This document shows positions 55,110-63,708 of a DNA stretch of 64,000 nt, piece after piece. The DNA comes from a virus. Made by a program: the position numbers and the translations under genes. Positions within the stretch are counted from its first letter, which is position 1. The number at the start of each line of letters is the position of its first letter. The stretch is from the IMG/VR virus record IMGVR_UViG_3300033143_004212, positions 19,405 through 83,404 of that record. One strand, written 5' to 3'. Below the pieces are notes generated by a model. The model saw only the letters and a list, made by a program, of their open reading frames with translations, did no database searches and was not told the origin of the DNA.

Positions 55110-56033
55110 TTAGAATGGGAACCCAGCTTTCTTATTAGTATTAGGAGTAGCATTATCTGATTTAGGTGCTGCTTTTTGAGCTCCACCTTTCATTTTTGCT
55201 TCTTTTTTAGCTTTCTTTTCAGCAAGCATTTTATTTCTATTTTGAACAGCTTCTTGTGCATCTTCTTGAGAGAATGCATTTTCATCATATGGAGGAGTTC
55301 CTGAAGTAACAACAAATTCTTTTGTTACTTTATCGTATTCTTTAGTGATATCTTCTCCAAAAGCAGATTCAATTGTTTTACTTGTTTTTTCAGCAATATA
55401 TCTAATGTCTCCAAAAACTTTAACTGTACGACCAGGTTGGTAGTAAGTTCTAATGTATTGGATTGCCTTTGGTTTTTCAATAACAAATTTAACAGGAGTC
55501 GCGTTACCTGCATAGTTAATTCCTACGATTTCAACAATTAATCTTCCAGTTTCTCTATCATCTTTAATTTCATCAAAAGCATTTCTTACAATACCTTCAT
55601 ACTCAAAAGTTGCTTTTGGTTTGTAATTTTTTGTAACTTTTTTAATAAAATTACTTTTAAGTTCTGGATAAGTTATAAGTTCCATTTCATCAGTATAGAA
55701 ATCATTAACAAAAATTTCTCCACCTGAGATAGTAATTTTAGTTCCTACACCATTCTCTGCTACAGAAAGTAATCCTGAGCCATCAGGCTTAATTCTAATT
55801 ACTTGTAAAGACTTATAGATTTTATTTAATCCACCATCATTTTTTAATTCTTTAGCAAAGAAATTAACAGGAATACTATCTATGTGTTCTGTTTCTTTAC
55901 CTTCATCTATTGTTACTTCTATTACTAAGTCACCACTAATGAATTTTCCTAATATATCATTTTCTAAAGCTTCTAAATTATTTTCTATTAAAAGTCCTTC
56001 AATGTTTGTATTGTTTAATGTTTGTCTAGCCAT
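55110..56033 (-). CDS. ssDNA-binding protein-like (OB folds)
   Basis: Adjacent to the Sak4-like gene, with a flexible tail ending in aromatic ...GFPF. Confidence 0.6.
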   Translation of the reverse strand: MARQTLNNTNIEGLLIENNLEALENDILGKFISGDLVIEVTIDEGKETEHIDSIPVNFFAKELKNDGGLNKIYKSLQVIRIKPDGSGLLSVAENGVGTKITISGGEIFVNDFYTDEMELITYPELKSNFIKKVTKNYKPKATFEYEGIVRNAFDEIKDDRETGRLIVEIVGINYAGNATPVKFVIEKPKAIQYIRTYYQPGRTVKVFGDIRYIAEKTSKTIESAFGEDITKEYDKVTKEFVVTSGTPPYDENAFSQEDAQEAVQNRNKMLAEKKAKKEAKMKGGAQKAAPKSDNATPNTNKKAGFPF

Positions 56034-56394
56034 TTTTTTCCTCCAGTTTTTTTATTTTTAATTTTTTTCCTTCTTCTGTTATTAAGTATTTATTACCATT
56101 ATTTGAAGAAATTTTTATTACTAACCCATCGTTGATCAATTTTCTCATTGACCCCGCCACAGATTTACTAGTATATCCAATCTTCGCTGCAATTTCCCTA
56201 GCGGCAAGTGGGGTCGGATTCAATTTTAAAAATCCAAGTATTAATGTTCCATTCTCTGTAAGAGTAATGGTATCATTCTCCGCTTCAAATTTGTTGATTA
56301 ATTTTTTGATATATTCGATATCATCGCTAGTCTCGAATTCAAAGCTATCCGTTATTTTTTTTAATATTTTTATTAGTTTTCTATCTATTTTCAT
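56026..56394 (-). CDS. Winged-helix DNA-binding protein
   Basis: LTENG..ILGFL...AREIA..IG.TSKSVAGSMRKL..DG.V.K...Y.ITEEG. Confidence 0.7.
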   Translation of the reverse strand: MKIDRKLIKILKKITDSFEFETSDDIEYIKKLINKFEAENDTITLTENGTLILGFLKLNPTPLAAREIAAKIGYTSKSVAGSMRKLINDGLVIKISSNNGNKYLITEEGKKLKIKKLEEKNG

Positions 56395-56432
56395 AATCAG
56401 CTCCTTTCATTTTTTTTCCAACGTCTATCTAT

Positions 56433-56461
56433 ATTATATCAAATTTTCTCAAAAAAGTCAA
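56433..56461 (-). promoter_or_regulatory. sigma-A promoter for the replication operon
   Basis: TTGACT-17 nt-(TG-A)-TATAAT. Confidence 0.75.
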
Positions 56462-56470
56462 CCAATATAG

Positions 56471-56989
56471 TTACTTTCTTCGAACAAATGTTATAAAGCG
56501 TAAATCGAAATCCCTGTCTTCGTTTTTCTCCTGGACGTGAGAGTTTTGATCTATAAAATCTTCTGCTTTTATTTTAGGAAAAAAAACGTCTACTTCTTTA
56601 TACTCTTTCATAAAAACAGTTAATTCTATTACATCTGCATATTGATAAAATTGTTTATAAATACTTCCTCCACCAATAATAAAGATGTCTTCAGTCTTAG
56701 CTAATTCTAATATAGTTTCGATATCACGAGCAATCATATCTGCACCTGTAAACATGCATTTGGCACGTGATATTATTATATTTTTTCTTCCTTTTAATCC
56801 TCTAGTTGGTAATTCACCTTCTTCTTCTAATCTCATTGGAAGAGATTGTCATGTTTTTCTGCCCATTACAACAGTTTTGCCCATTGTTATTTTTTTAAAA
56901 TGAGCCATGTCCTCAGGAACCATTGCTAGAAGTTCTCCTTTATTGCCTAACCCCCAATTTTTATCTACTGCCGCGATCATTGTAATCAT
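56471..56989 (-). CDS. folA: Dihydrofolate reductase, 172 aa, TGA at 56849
   Basis: MIAAVDKNWGLG, PEDM.HFK..T.G..VVMGRKT[W]QSLP, L.GR.NIIIS, IIGGGSIY and DVFFP. Confidence 0.93.
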
Positions 56990-57852
56990 TATATCGCCAA
57001 CTCAAATTTAGGTAGTTTCTTCATCGGTTTGTAATCAACCATTTCAAAATCATCTATTGTGAAATCATAGAAATTATCTGATTTTGGATTGAACACTAAT
57101 ATAGGATGAAGTTCTTTTTCATCTAATAGAGCTTCTTTTAATTCTATTTCAAAACCTCTATCTCTTAATATACGTGCGGCTTTAATATGTCTGTCATATA
57201 TGTGAAGATTGTCTACAACATGTACAAATTTTCCTGGCTTTAAGCCAACTGCTTTTGCTATCATCATCATTAATGCAACGTATTGAATTTTATTTATATG
57301 ACCTGCAACTAAATAATCATTTGAGCGTTGTGTTAATTTCATATCTAAATATCCATCTGCTCTTACCATCCAAGTAGTTGAATAGGCACATGGATGTAAT
57401 CCTTTTGTTTCCTCTAAATCTGCATATTGATACATATTCATAATATGTCTACGTCCCATAGGAGATTCTTTTAATCCTTTAATTAACTTATCAATTAATC
57501 CATATTTCCTAATAGTCGCACCATATCTTTGACCTATTGTTCCGTCTCCAATATCTCATTCATCCCACCAACGAATATTATATTTTTCTTTTAATAAAGC
57601 CAAATCATTCGACTGGTCTTGATAAATCCAAAGAATCTCTTTAATTCCTGCTTTTCAAGCTACAGGTCTAAGAGTCGTGATTGGAAATTCGCCTTTTGAA
57701 ATATCATACTCTTCTGTAACGAATGTAGTATAAATAGTATGTGCAGGAGATCCATCATGCCAAACAGGTCTAACTTCAAAATCTTCACTAGTGTATCCAT
57801 TTTCTAATAAATGTATTATATTATCAATGAACATTTTATCTGTTTTTAACAT
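56989..57852 (-). CDS. thyA: Thymidylate synthase, 287 aa, TGA at 57655 and 57556
   Basis: FPITTLR.VA[W][15 protein letters not shown][W][22 protein letters not shown] and HIYDRH. Confidence 0.93.
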
Positions 57853-57880
57853 AGAATTTTTAATCCTCCTTTAATGCAAA

Positions 57881-57910
57881 GAAAGAAGATTATTTTAAAA
57901 ATCTTCTTTC
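57881..57910 (-). terminator. Hairpin terminator
   Basis: GAAAGAAGATT...AATCTTCTTTC. Confidence 0.55.
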
Positions 57911-57927
57911 TAATTTACATTTTATTA

Positions 57928-58179
57928 TTACGCTTCGTCTGCAACTACAGCTAATCCTTCTTCAGAAAGTTTTAAAAACTTAATAGTTTTTTCTTTTCCT
58001 TCAATCTCAACAGTAGCTTCCTCTCTGTAAGCCCAACCTTTTTTAACGAAAGAGTTGAAAGAGCCTATAACTGATCTAGGTCCGATGTTTAAAGCTTTTG
58101 CAACATCATTATGAGTCATGTCTTCTCCGTTATTGTCTTGTAAAAATACTAAAATTTTCTTTGTGCTTTCTTTCATCAT
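57928..58179 (-). CDS. Small winged-helix protein
   Basis: KKILVFLQ...DVAKAL.I.PRSV.GS..SFVKKG...LSEEG, similar to the 56026 product. Confidence 0.7.
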   Translation of the reverse strand: MMKESTKKILVFLQDNNGEDMTHNDVAKALNIGPRSVIGSFNSFVKKGWAYREEATVEIEGKEKTIKFLKLSEEGLAVVADEA

Positions 58180-58295
58180 AGTGTTTGTTTCTCCTTTTTA
58201 ATTTAATTTGTTTGTGAATAATCATTTATTTTTATGATTATTATTACTTATTATTTATTATATTAAAAGTAAATATTTATTTACTTCTTATATAT

Positions 58296-58324
58296 ATTAT
58301 AACATTTATTTATTCAAAAGTCAA
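58296..58324 (-). promoter_or_regulatory. sigma-A promoter
   Basis: TTGACT-17 nt-(TG-T)-TATAAT. Confidence 0.75.
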
Positions 58325-58342
58325 TTATTTCAGTTAAATAAT

Positions 58343-58957
58343 CTAACTATCTATATATTCTCATCTATATCCATAAGCAGTTTTTCGTTGACCGTTACAT
58401 ACCTTACATATATGACTAACTTTTTTTACATCTCCGAGTTGTCTTGCTGCTTCATTTACTGATTCATAAGTTTTTAATACTTTTAAAGTATTCTTATCTA
58501 ATTTAGCTACTTTTCTTTTATGACCATCAATCTTAATATTATTCCCTTTTAAGATTCTTCTTATCATTTCTTTGCAAGTATTAAAATACTCAGCAGTATT
58601 ATTAACATGTTTTAACTCTTTGTATTTTTTAATAACTTCTTTATCAGTATATGGAAAAGTTCTTGTGCCTTCTCCACCAAGCGTTGCATTATAGCCATTA
58701 TTATAAGAATCATATTCTTTAATAAATTCAATTTCCATTAATTCTAATAGACCTTCTTCATACTCTCCAATTAATTCAACTGAAAAATTTTCAATTCCAT
58801 ACTTATTTATTGCTCTATATAGAGGTCTATGCTTATTATTTTCTCTTTTTGAGTTATAAATATGCTGTTTATATCTTTCTTTAATAGTTAGATATGTTTT
58901 TCCTATATAAATCTTGCCATTCATTTTATTTATAATTTTATATATTTTACCAATCAT
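58343..58957 (-). CDS. GIY-YIG homing endonuclease with NUMOD1 tail, TGA at 58361
   Basis: KIYKI.NK.NGKIYIG, AI.KYG..NF, GYN.T.GG, and KTAYGYR[W]EY to TAG 58343. Confidence 0.85.
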
Positions 58958-59019
58958 CTTTTTTATTCTCCTTATCACCTCTATATATTATATCATTTTT
59001 CTTAGAAAGGTAAACTATT

Positions 59020-60147
59020 TTAGTTAAATATTTTTGCAAGTGTGCAATCTTTAGGGTCTATATCATCTCTAAATCCTAGTAATCCAATTTTTGAGTTTAG
59101 ATATAAATGTCTTAATTTATTTATATTAACTCCTGGTTCCATTGCTCCTATAACCATTGGCATACCAATAAATTTTTCTTGGTCATACTTAATTTTCCTA
59201 AGTAATTCCTCTGTTATTCCTGAAGATACAGTTCCTATATATTGTAATACTTCATTTTCATCATATGCACCAACTCGAATAGAGCCTATCCAATTCATAT
59301 ACGCTGCTTTCGTAATTGCATCCCCATAATTATCAAAATAACTCCAAGTTTCTAGTTCTTTACCTTCATAATAATAAGTTGGTTCACAAAATCCCATGCA
59401 TACTACGTCTAAATCTGCTAGTTCTTTTTTAAATTTAATTGTATTCCAAGCCGGACGTTTATTAGGAACTATTAAACCAAGTTTACTTTTTAATACAATT
59501 CCTTCTTCTTCATTAGCAAATGCATCCGAATATACTTGTCCTAAATCTTTTGTATACGTTTCTGCAAATTCGATAAACATTTTATCTCTATCTGAAGCAA
59601 GCTCTTCAAATTGCATTTCTAATGCATGTAAAAGTACTAATCTTTCTTCAGTAGTTACTTTTAAAAGTGAATTGCCATTAAGCATAGATATGTCATGTAT
59701 ATAAAATCGCAACTTTGTGTTGTCATCATTTTGTTGACGCTTACAAGCTTTAGCTGGCAAGCAACCCATAATCTTCGTAACTTCATTAGAGCCTCCCTTG
59801 GCAGATATAATTTCTCCTATTAATATTGTATCATCTGATATATGCTTTTTTAATATTTCCGCAATATGTGGTACGTTAGATAATTTTTCAGATAATAATC
59901 CAGTTTTCTTTGATACGCTTTTACTAAAAAGATAACAATTTTTTTCATGTTTCTCGTATGAATAGTAATAACCATCTTTTTTAATTTGTGCAATATATTT
60001 TCCACCTGAAAGTATATCATCTTTCATATGTTTTTTATTTTTTGGTAAAGTCCAAACTTTCATTGGCATAATCATTATTGCTTCTGGATAAAGAGCATCT
60101 ATTTGTTCCCTTGTAAAATCATTAATCTTAATTCCTTGTAACTCCAT
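59020..60147 (-). CDS. ATP-dependent DNA ligase
   Basis: KKDG (KxDG), GEI, F.IHDI, EEGIVLK, K.K and a C-terminal FRDD...C. Confidence 0.85.
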   Translation of the reverse strand: MELQGIKINDFTREQIDALYPEAIMIMPMKVWTLPKNKKHMKDDILSGGKYIAQIKKDGYYYSYEKHEKNCYLFSKSVSKKTGLLSEKLSNVPHIAEILKKHISDDTILIGEIISAKGGSNEVTKIMGCLPAKACKRQQNDDNTKLRFYIHDISMLNGNSLLKVTTEERLVLLHALEMQFEELASDRDKMFIEFAETYTKDLGQVYSDAFANEEEGIVLKSKLGLIVPNKRPAWNTIKFKKELADLDVVCMGFCEPTYYYEGKELETWSYFDNYGDAITKAAYMNWIGSIRVGAYDENEVLQYIGTVSSGITEELLRKIKYDQEKFIGMPMVIGAMEPGVNINKLRHLYLNSKIGLLGFRDDIDPKDCTLAKIFN

Positions 60148-60157
60148 AGTACCTCCT

Positions 60158-60892
60158 TTATCTCAAAACGAAATATTTCATTATATATTCAACCACTTCA
60201 AAAGGCGTCATGCTTTCTGCTTTTATGACATTTTGCACTGGTATATTCTTTTCTATTTTCTTTAATACATTTTCTCTATCATCTTTTGCTCTTCTCATCC
60301 ATTCTAACTCATTGAAATTAGAACGTTTAAGAGCTCTTTGTCTTCTTGTTTCTTCTGACACTTCTAAATAAATTGGGATAACTATATCTCCCAATTCTTT
60401 TTTTAGTTTATCGTATCCATCATAATCTACTATCGCTATATAATTCTTTTTCCCTAACTCTAAATCTTTAGTTGAGTATCCATAATACCAAATATCAGCT
60501 TCATTATTCTCATTTATAACATTATATGACCTTTCAATATTAAAACCTTTTTCAAATGCCAAGTCAAGATATTCTTGTCTAGTTAAAAAATAATAAGTCT
60601 CACCTTCAATTTCTCCATCTCTTTTAGGACGAGAAGTGAAGCTTTTTATCCTGTTAAAATTATAATGCTCTATTAACAGATCTTCGGTTAAATCTTTCCC
60701 CGCTCCACTAAATCCTATAATAGCAAATACTCTACCACGAGCAGTAAAATTATCATAAAACATGAATCTTGGATATTCAAAATCTATTCCCCTACTTCTT
60801 AAAATTATTGTTTTTTCTGTTTGCTTAACAATAAATCCATTTAAGACAGGTTCAGAATTGTGATTATTATAAAATTTTATATAACCATTCAT
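60158..60892 (-). CDS. Guanylate kinase-like nucleotide kinase
   Basis: GFSGAGKD, TSRPKRDGEIEG..YYF and WYYG. Confidence 0.8.
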   Translation of the reverse strand: MNGYIKFYNNHNSEPVLNGFIVKQTEKTIILRSRGIDFEYPRFMFYDNFTARGRVFAIIGFSGAGKDLTEDLLIEHYNFNRIKSFTSRPKRDGEIEGETYYFLTRQEYLDLAFEKGFNIERSYNVINENNEADIWYYGYSTKDLELGKKNYIAIVDYDGYDKLKKELGDIVIPIYLEVSEETRRQRALKRSNFNELEWMRRAKDDRENVLKKIEKNIPVQNVIKAESMTPFEVVEYIMKYFVLR

Positions 60893-60902
60893 ATACTACT
60901 CC

Positions 60903-61877
60903 TTATTTTTTTCGTTTTTGTTTCCTTTCGGCTCTTCTTTTCTTTCTACAGTCTGAACATTTGCATCCTTTTCCATGTACTGCTATAGGTTCTACATGAA
61001 CTTTTTTGACCTTCTCTGTTGTCTTTTTTTTTAAAGGATAAGTTCTGCATGCTACGCAATCACAATTTTCATTATCTTCATCATGTCCTGTTGTTATAGC
61101 AAGTATTCCTTTTTTATCTTCTATTTCTTTAGGTTCTTCTTTAGGTTCTTCTTTAGGTTCTTCAACTTTTTTTACTTTTTCTTGTGCTTTTTTTTGTACT
61201 TCTTTAATAGCTTTCATAATTTCTGTAACAGTATCTGTTTTTTTATCGCTATTAGGAGTAGTTCCTTTATCGTCAGGAGTAGTTGATGATTGTTTACTTG
61301 CTAATACTTCATTTGCTCTATATGTTTCTAAATCATATACCATATCAATAATTCCATTCTCAAATGCTTCATCATTGTCCATATAGTATTGAAAATCTTC
61401 TTTTCTAACTCTTTCCATTATATCTTCTGGTATTCTACATTCTTTTCTAGTAATTGCTACTAATTTTTCATACATTTTTAAATACATTTCAGAAAACTCA
61501 CTCACTTGATTAGGAGAAGAATTTAAAATTCCCCATTTAGCAGAATGATATAAGAAAGTTGTATGAATATGTGCAACTCTTTTAGCTCCTCCTAGGAAGG
61601 CAAGCAAAGCCGCACTTCCCACTAAACCACTTGCTATTGTAATTACAGGCGTTTCACTATTCTTAATAATAGCATACAGAGACATTCCCGCGTGTAATGA
61701 ACCTCCTCCAGAATTAATATGTAGACTAATAGGATGTGATTTATAACTTCTTGGTCCATTATTAACCATCTCTGTATCATATCTATTAATAGCATTAATT
61801 TTTTCTATTACTTGTCTTGCTGATTTTAAATTAATTTCTCCAAATAAGTAAATATCTCTTTCAAAGTTAAATTCCAT
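60903..61877 (-). CDS. ClpP-like protease domain with a charged Cys/His C-terminal extension
   Basis: IYLFGEI, LHINSGGGS, GSAA (Ser), FLYH (His) and EA...GIID. Confidence 0.75.
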   Translation of the reverse strand: MEFNFERDIYLFGEINLKSARQVIEKINAINRYDTEMVNNGPRSYKSHPISLHINSGGGSLHAGMSLYAIIKNSETPVITIASGLVGSAALLAFLGGAKRVAHIHTTFLYHSAKWGILNSSPNQVSEFSEMYLKMYEKLVAITRKECRIPEDIMERVRKEDFQYYMDNDEAFENGIIDMVYDLETYRANEVLASKQSSTTPDDKGTTPNSDKKTDTVTEIMKAIKEVQKKAQEKVKKVEEPKEEPKEEPKEIEDKKGILAITTGHDEDNENCDCVACRTYPLKKKTTEKVKKVHVEPIAVHGKGCKCSDCRKKRRAERKQKRKK

Positions 61878-61955
61878 AAGTAAACTCCAATCTTTACTGT
61901 GTATAGTTTGATTATGTATAAATTATACATTTTTTTTATATTCTTTATTATCTAT

Positions 61956-61984
61956 ATTATAACAAAAATAAGAAAAAAACACAA
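61956..61984 (-). promoter_or_regulatory. sigma-A-type promoter for the ClpP-like gene
   Basis: TTGTGT-17 nt-(TG-T)-TATAAT. Confidence 0.5.
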
Positions 61985-61996
61985 GGATAATAGTTG

Positions 61997-62209
61997 CTAA
62001 TCTAAGTAATCTCTTGTATTCTTCTTATGTTTCCCTTTTCTGTTGTAATCACGTTTCGATTTATGCGCACCAGTGCCTGATTTTACGACATCTAAGTGTT
62101 TACCTAATTTTCCGGCGGAGTTTTTAACTAAATCTTTCCCAGAAAATACGCCGATTGTTATTTTTTTCTCCTTTTTCTTTCTATATTTTTTACTCATTTT
62201 TTTCATCAC
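61997..62209 (-). CDS. Small very basic protein, ArfA/BrfA-like ribosome rescue factor candidate
   Basis: C-terminal HKSKRDYNRKGKHK resembles the ArfA Y-x-RKGKH tail. Probable start is ATG 62197. Confidence 0.45.
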   Translation of the reverse strand: MMKKMSKKYRKKKEKKITIGVFSGKDLVKNSAGKLGKHLDVVKSGTGAHKSKRDYNRKGKHKKNTRDYLD

Positions 62210-62230
62210 CTTTCATGGTAAATACGAGGA

Positions 62231-62728
62231 CTAATCAAATCCTCGTATTTTTTTTATTTCTTCAAAGCTGATAGGAGTATAATTAATGTTCTCCACAGAT
62301 ACATTAAAATAATACTTTTCTATCATGTTGTTATCATGGATATGTCCATGAATGTTTAGATATGGTGTCCATCCTTTCGTATAAATCGGCTCATGAGATA
62401 TTATAAAGAATTTTTTATAAAGGATAGGATATTTATATACTTCTTTAAATCCTAAATCTTTATAATAGGTTTGACTAGTTCGATCATGGTTTCCTAGTAT
62501 AAGGATTTTTCTTCCTTTAAGTCTGTCTATTATAGCTTTAGTTTGTTTTTTTGTTCCAAAAGAAACATCTCCAACTACAAAGACCGTATCTGCTTTCTTT
62601 ACTACTCTGTTCCAATTATCAATTATAGCTTCATTCATTTCATTAACATCTTTAAAAGGTCTATTACAAAACTTAATAATCCTTTCGTCATAAAAATGCA
62701 TGTCTCCGATAAAAAATATTCTTGACAT
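62231..62728 (-). CDS. Calcineurin-like metallophosphoesterase
   Basis: GDMHF, WN..V...D.V..VGD, GNHD, SHEP and HGHIH. Confidence 0.85.
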   Translation of the reverse strand: MSRIFFIGDMHFYDERIIKFCNRPFKDVNEMNEAIIDNWNRVVKKADTVFVVGDVSFGTKKQTKAIIDRLKGRKILILGNHDRTSQTYYKDLGFKEVYKYPILYKKFFIISHEPIYTKGWTPYLNIHGHIHDNNMIEKYYFNVSVENINYTPISFEEIKKIRGFD

Positions 62729-62735
62729 AATCCAC

Positions 62736-63281
62736 CTACCATTTACTATATTTATCTGCATATCCTGATGCCGCATATGAATCTGGTTTAATTTTTACAT
62801 CGCAACCCATAGCATTAAACATTCGATATACTTCTTCAATGAATTTTTTTGTTTTTCCATTGTGACCAATGTCTACATGTGGTACAAGTAAGAATGATGC
62901 ATCTTTATATACATAGTCTATTGTAATTTCTAATACTTTTTCTGCAATATTTGATTCAAAAAATTTGTAAGATAACATTTGAGTTAATTGACATTCAGTC
63001 ATAATTTTTTCTTTTAATTCAGAATAACGTCTTTTTTCTACTTGTACATATCTCCATCCCCAAGCACCTTGACCTACTCTGTGTAAATGTACAACACTTA
63101 CAAATTTAGTAGCATTAGCTTTAGGTTTAACTTGTGAATCTGTTCCAACAGAAAGAACATATTTTGCATCTGGTCTTTCTCCTATTATTCTTAATATTTC
63201 TTGTTCCATTTCTGAGAAAGTTACTATTTCTCCAATTCCATTAATAAAAATTCTTCCTTCAAAATTTGACTCCCAATTCAT
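62736..63281 (-). CDS. YkuK-family RNase H-like protein
   Basis: VGTDSQ, HRVG.G, HVDIG..GKT and IKPDSYAAS.YAD. Confidence 0.75.
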   Translation of the reverse strand: MNWESNFEGRIFINGIGEIVTFSEMEQEILRIIGERPDAKYVLSVGTDSQVKPKANATKFVSVVHLHRVGQGAWGWRYVQVEKRRYSELKEKIMTECQLTQMLSYKFFESNIAEKVLEITIDYVYKDASFLLVPHVDIGHNGKTKKFIEEVYRMFNAMGCDVKIKPDSYAASGYADKYSKW

Positions 63282-63308
63282 AAAATTCCCCTCACTCCCG
63301 TTGTTCTC

Positions 63309-63698
63309 CTATCCTCTATATAATTTTAAATTACCTGTTATCTTATCTATTTCGTTATTAAATCCTGGTCCAATACCTAGGCAAGTTGCAGTTCCTGGCT
63401 CGACTTCTGTTCTGCCATCATCCACGATTAAAGCGCACGGTAATCCTTTACTCTTGGCTAATTTATATAAAGCTATTAACTCTGCTTCACTATCAACTTG
63501 CAATACTACTTTCGTGAAGTCTTCTGCTAACCACTTATATGCCGCAGATTTTTTCTTTAATTTAAAGACTGTATCTCCTTTTGATTCTCTTATTTCATCC
63601 AAAAGTGCACCTAATGAAGCATGAGCTACTTGCGCCGCTAATTTTCCGGCTGATAAGTTTAAGTCTCTCCGTGCTATAATTACTTGTTTCACTTTCAT
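63309..63698 (-). CDS. pth2: Peptidyl-tRNA hydrolase type 2 (Pth2)
   Basis: KQVI..R.DL.LS.GKLAAQVAHA, KVVL, DDGRTEV.PGT.TCLGIGP and ID.ITG.LKL. ATG 63698 follows AGGGAG. Confidence 0.92.
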   Translation of the reverse strand: MKVKQVIIARRDLNLSAGKLAAQVAHASLGALLDEIRESKGDTVFKLKKKSAAYKWLAEDFTKVVLQVDSEAELIALYKLAKSKGLPCALIVDDGRTEVEPGTATCLGIGPGFNNEIDKITGNLKLYRG

Positions 63699-63708
63699 GA
63701 TTCCCTCC

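Noticed and set aside
686-58363. Fragmented genes as pseudogenes of a decaying prophage
   Set aside because: Breaks are TGA at Trp-compatible sites with frames and catalytic motifs intact. There are no internal TAA/TAG, and the only frame break is in the tape measure gene.
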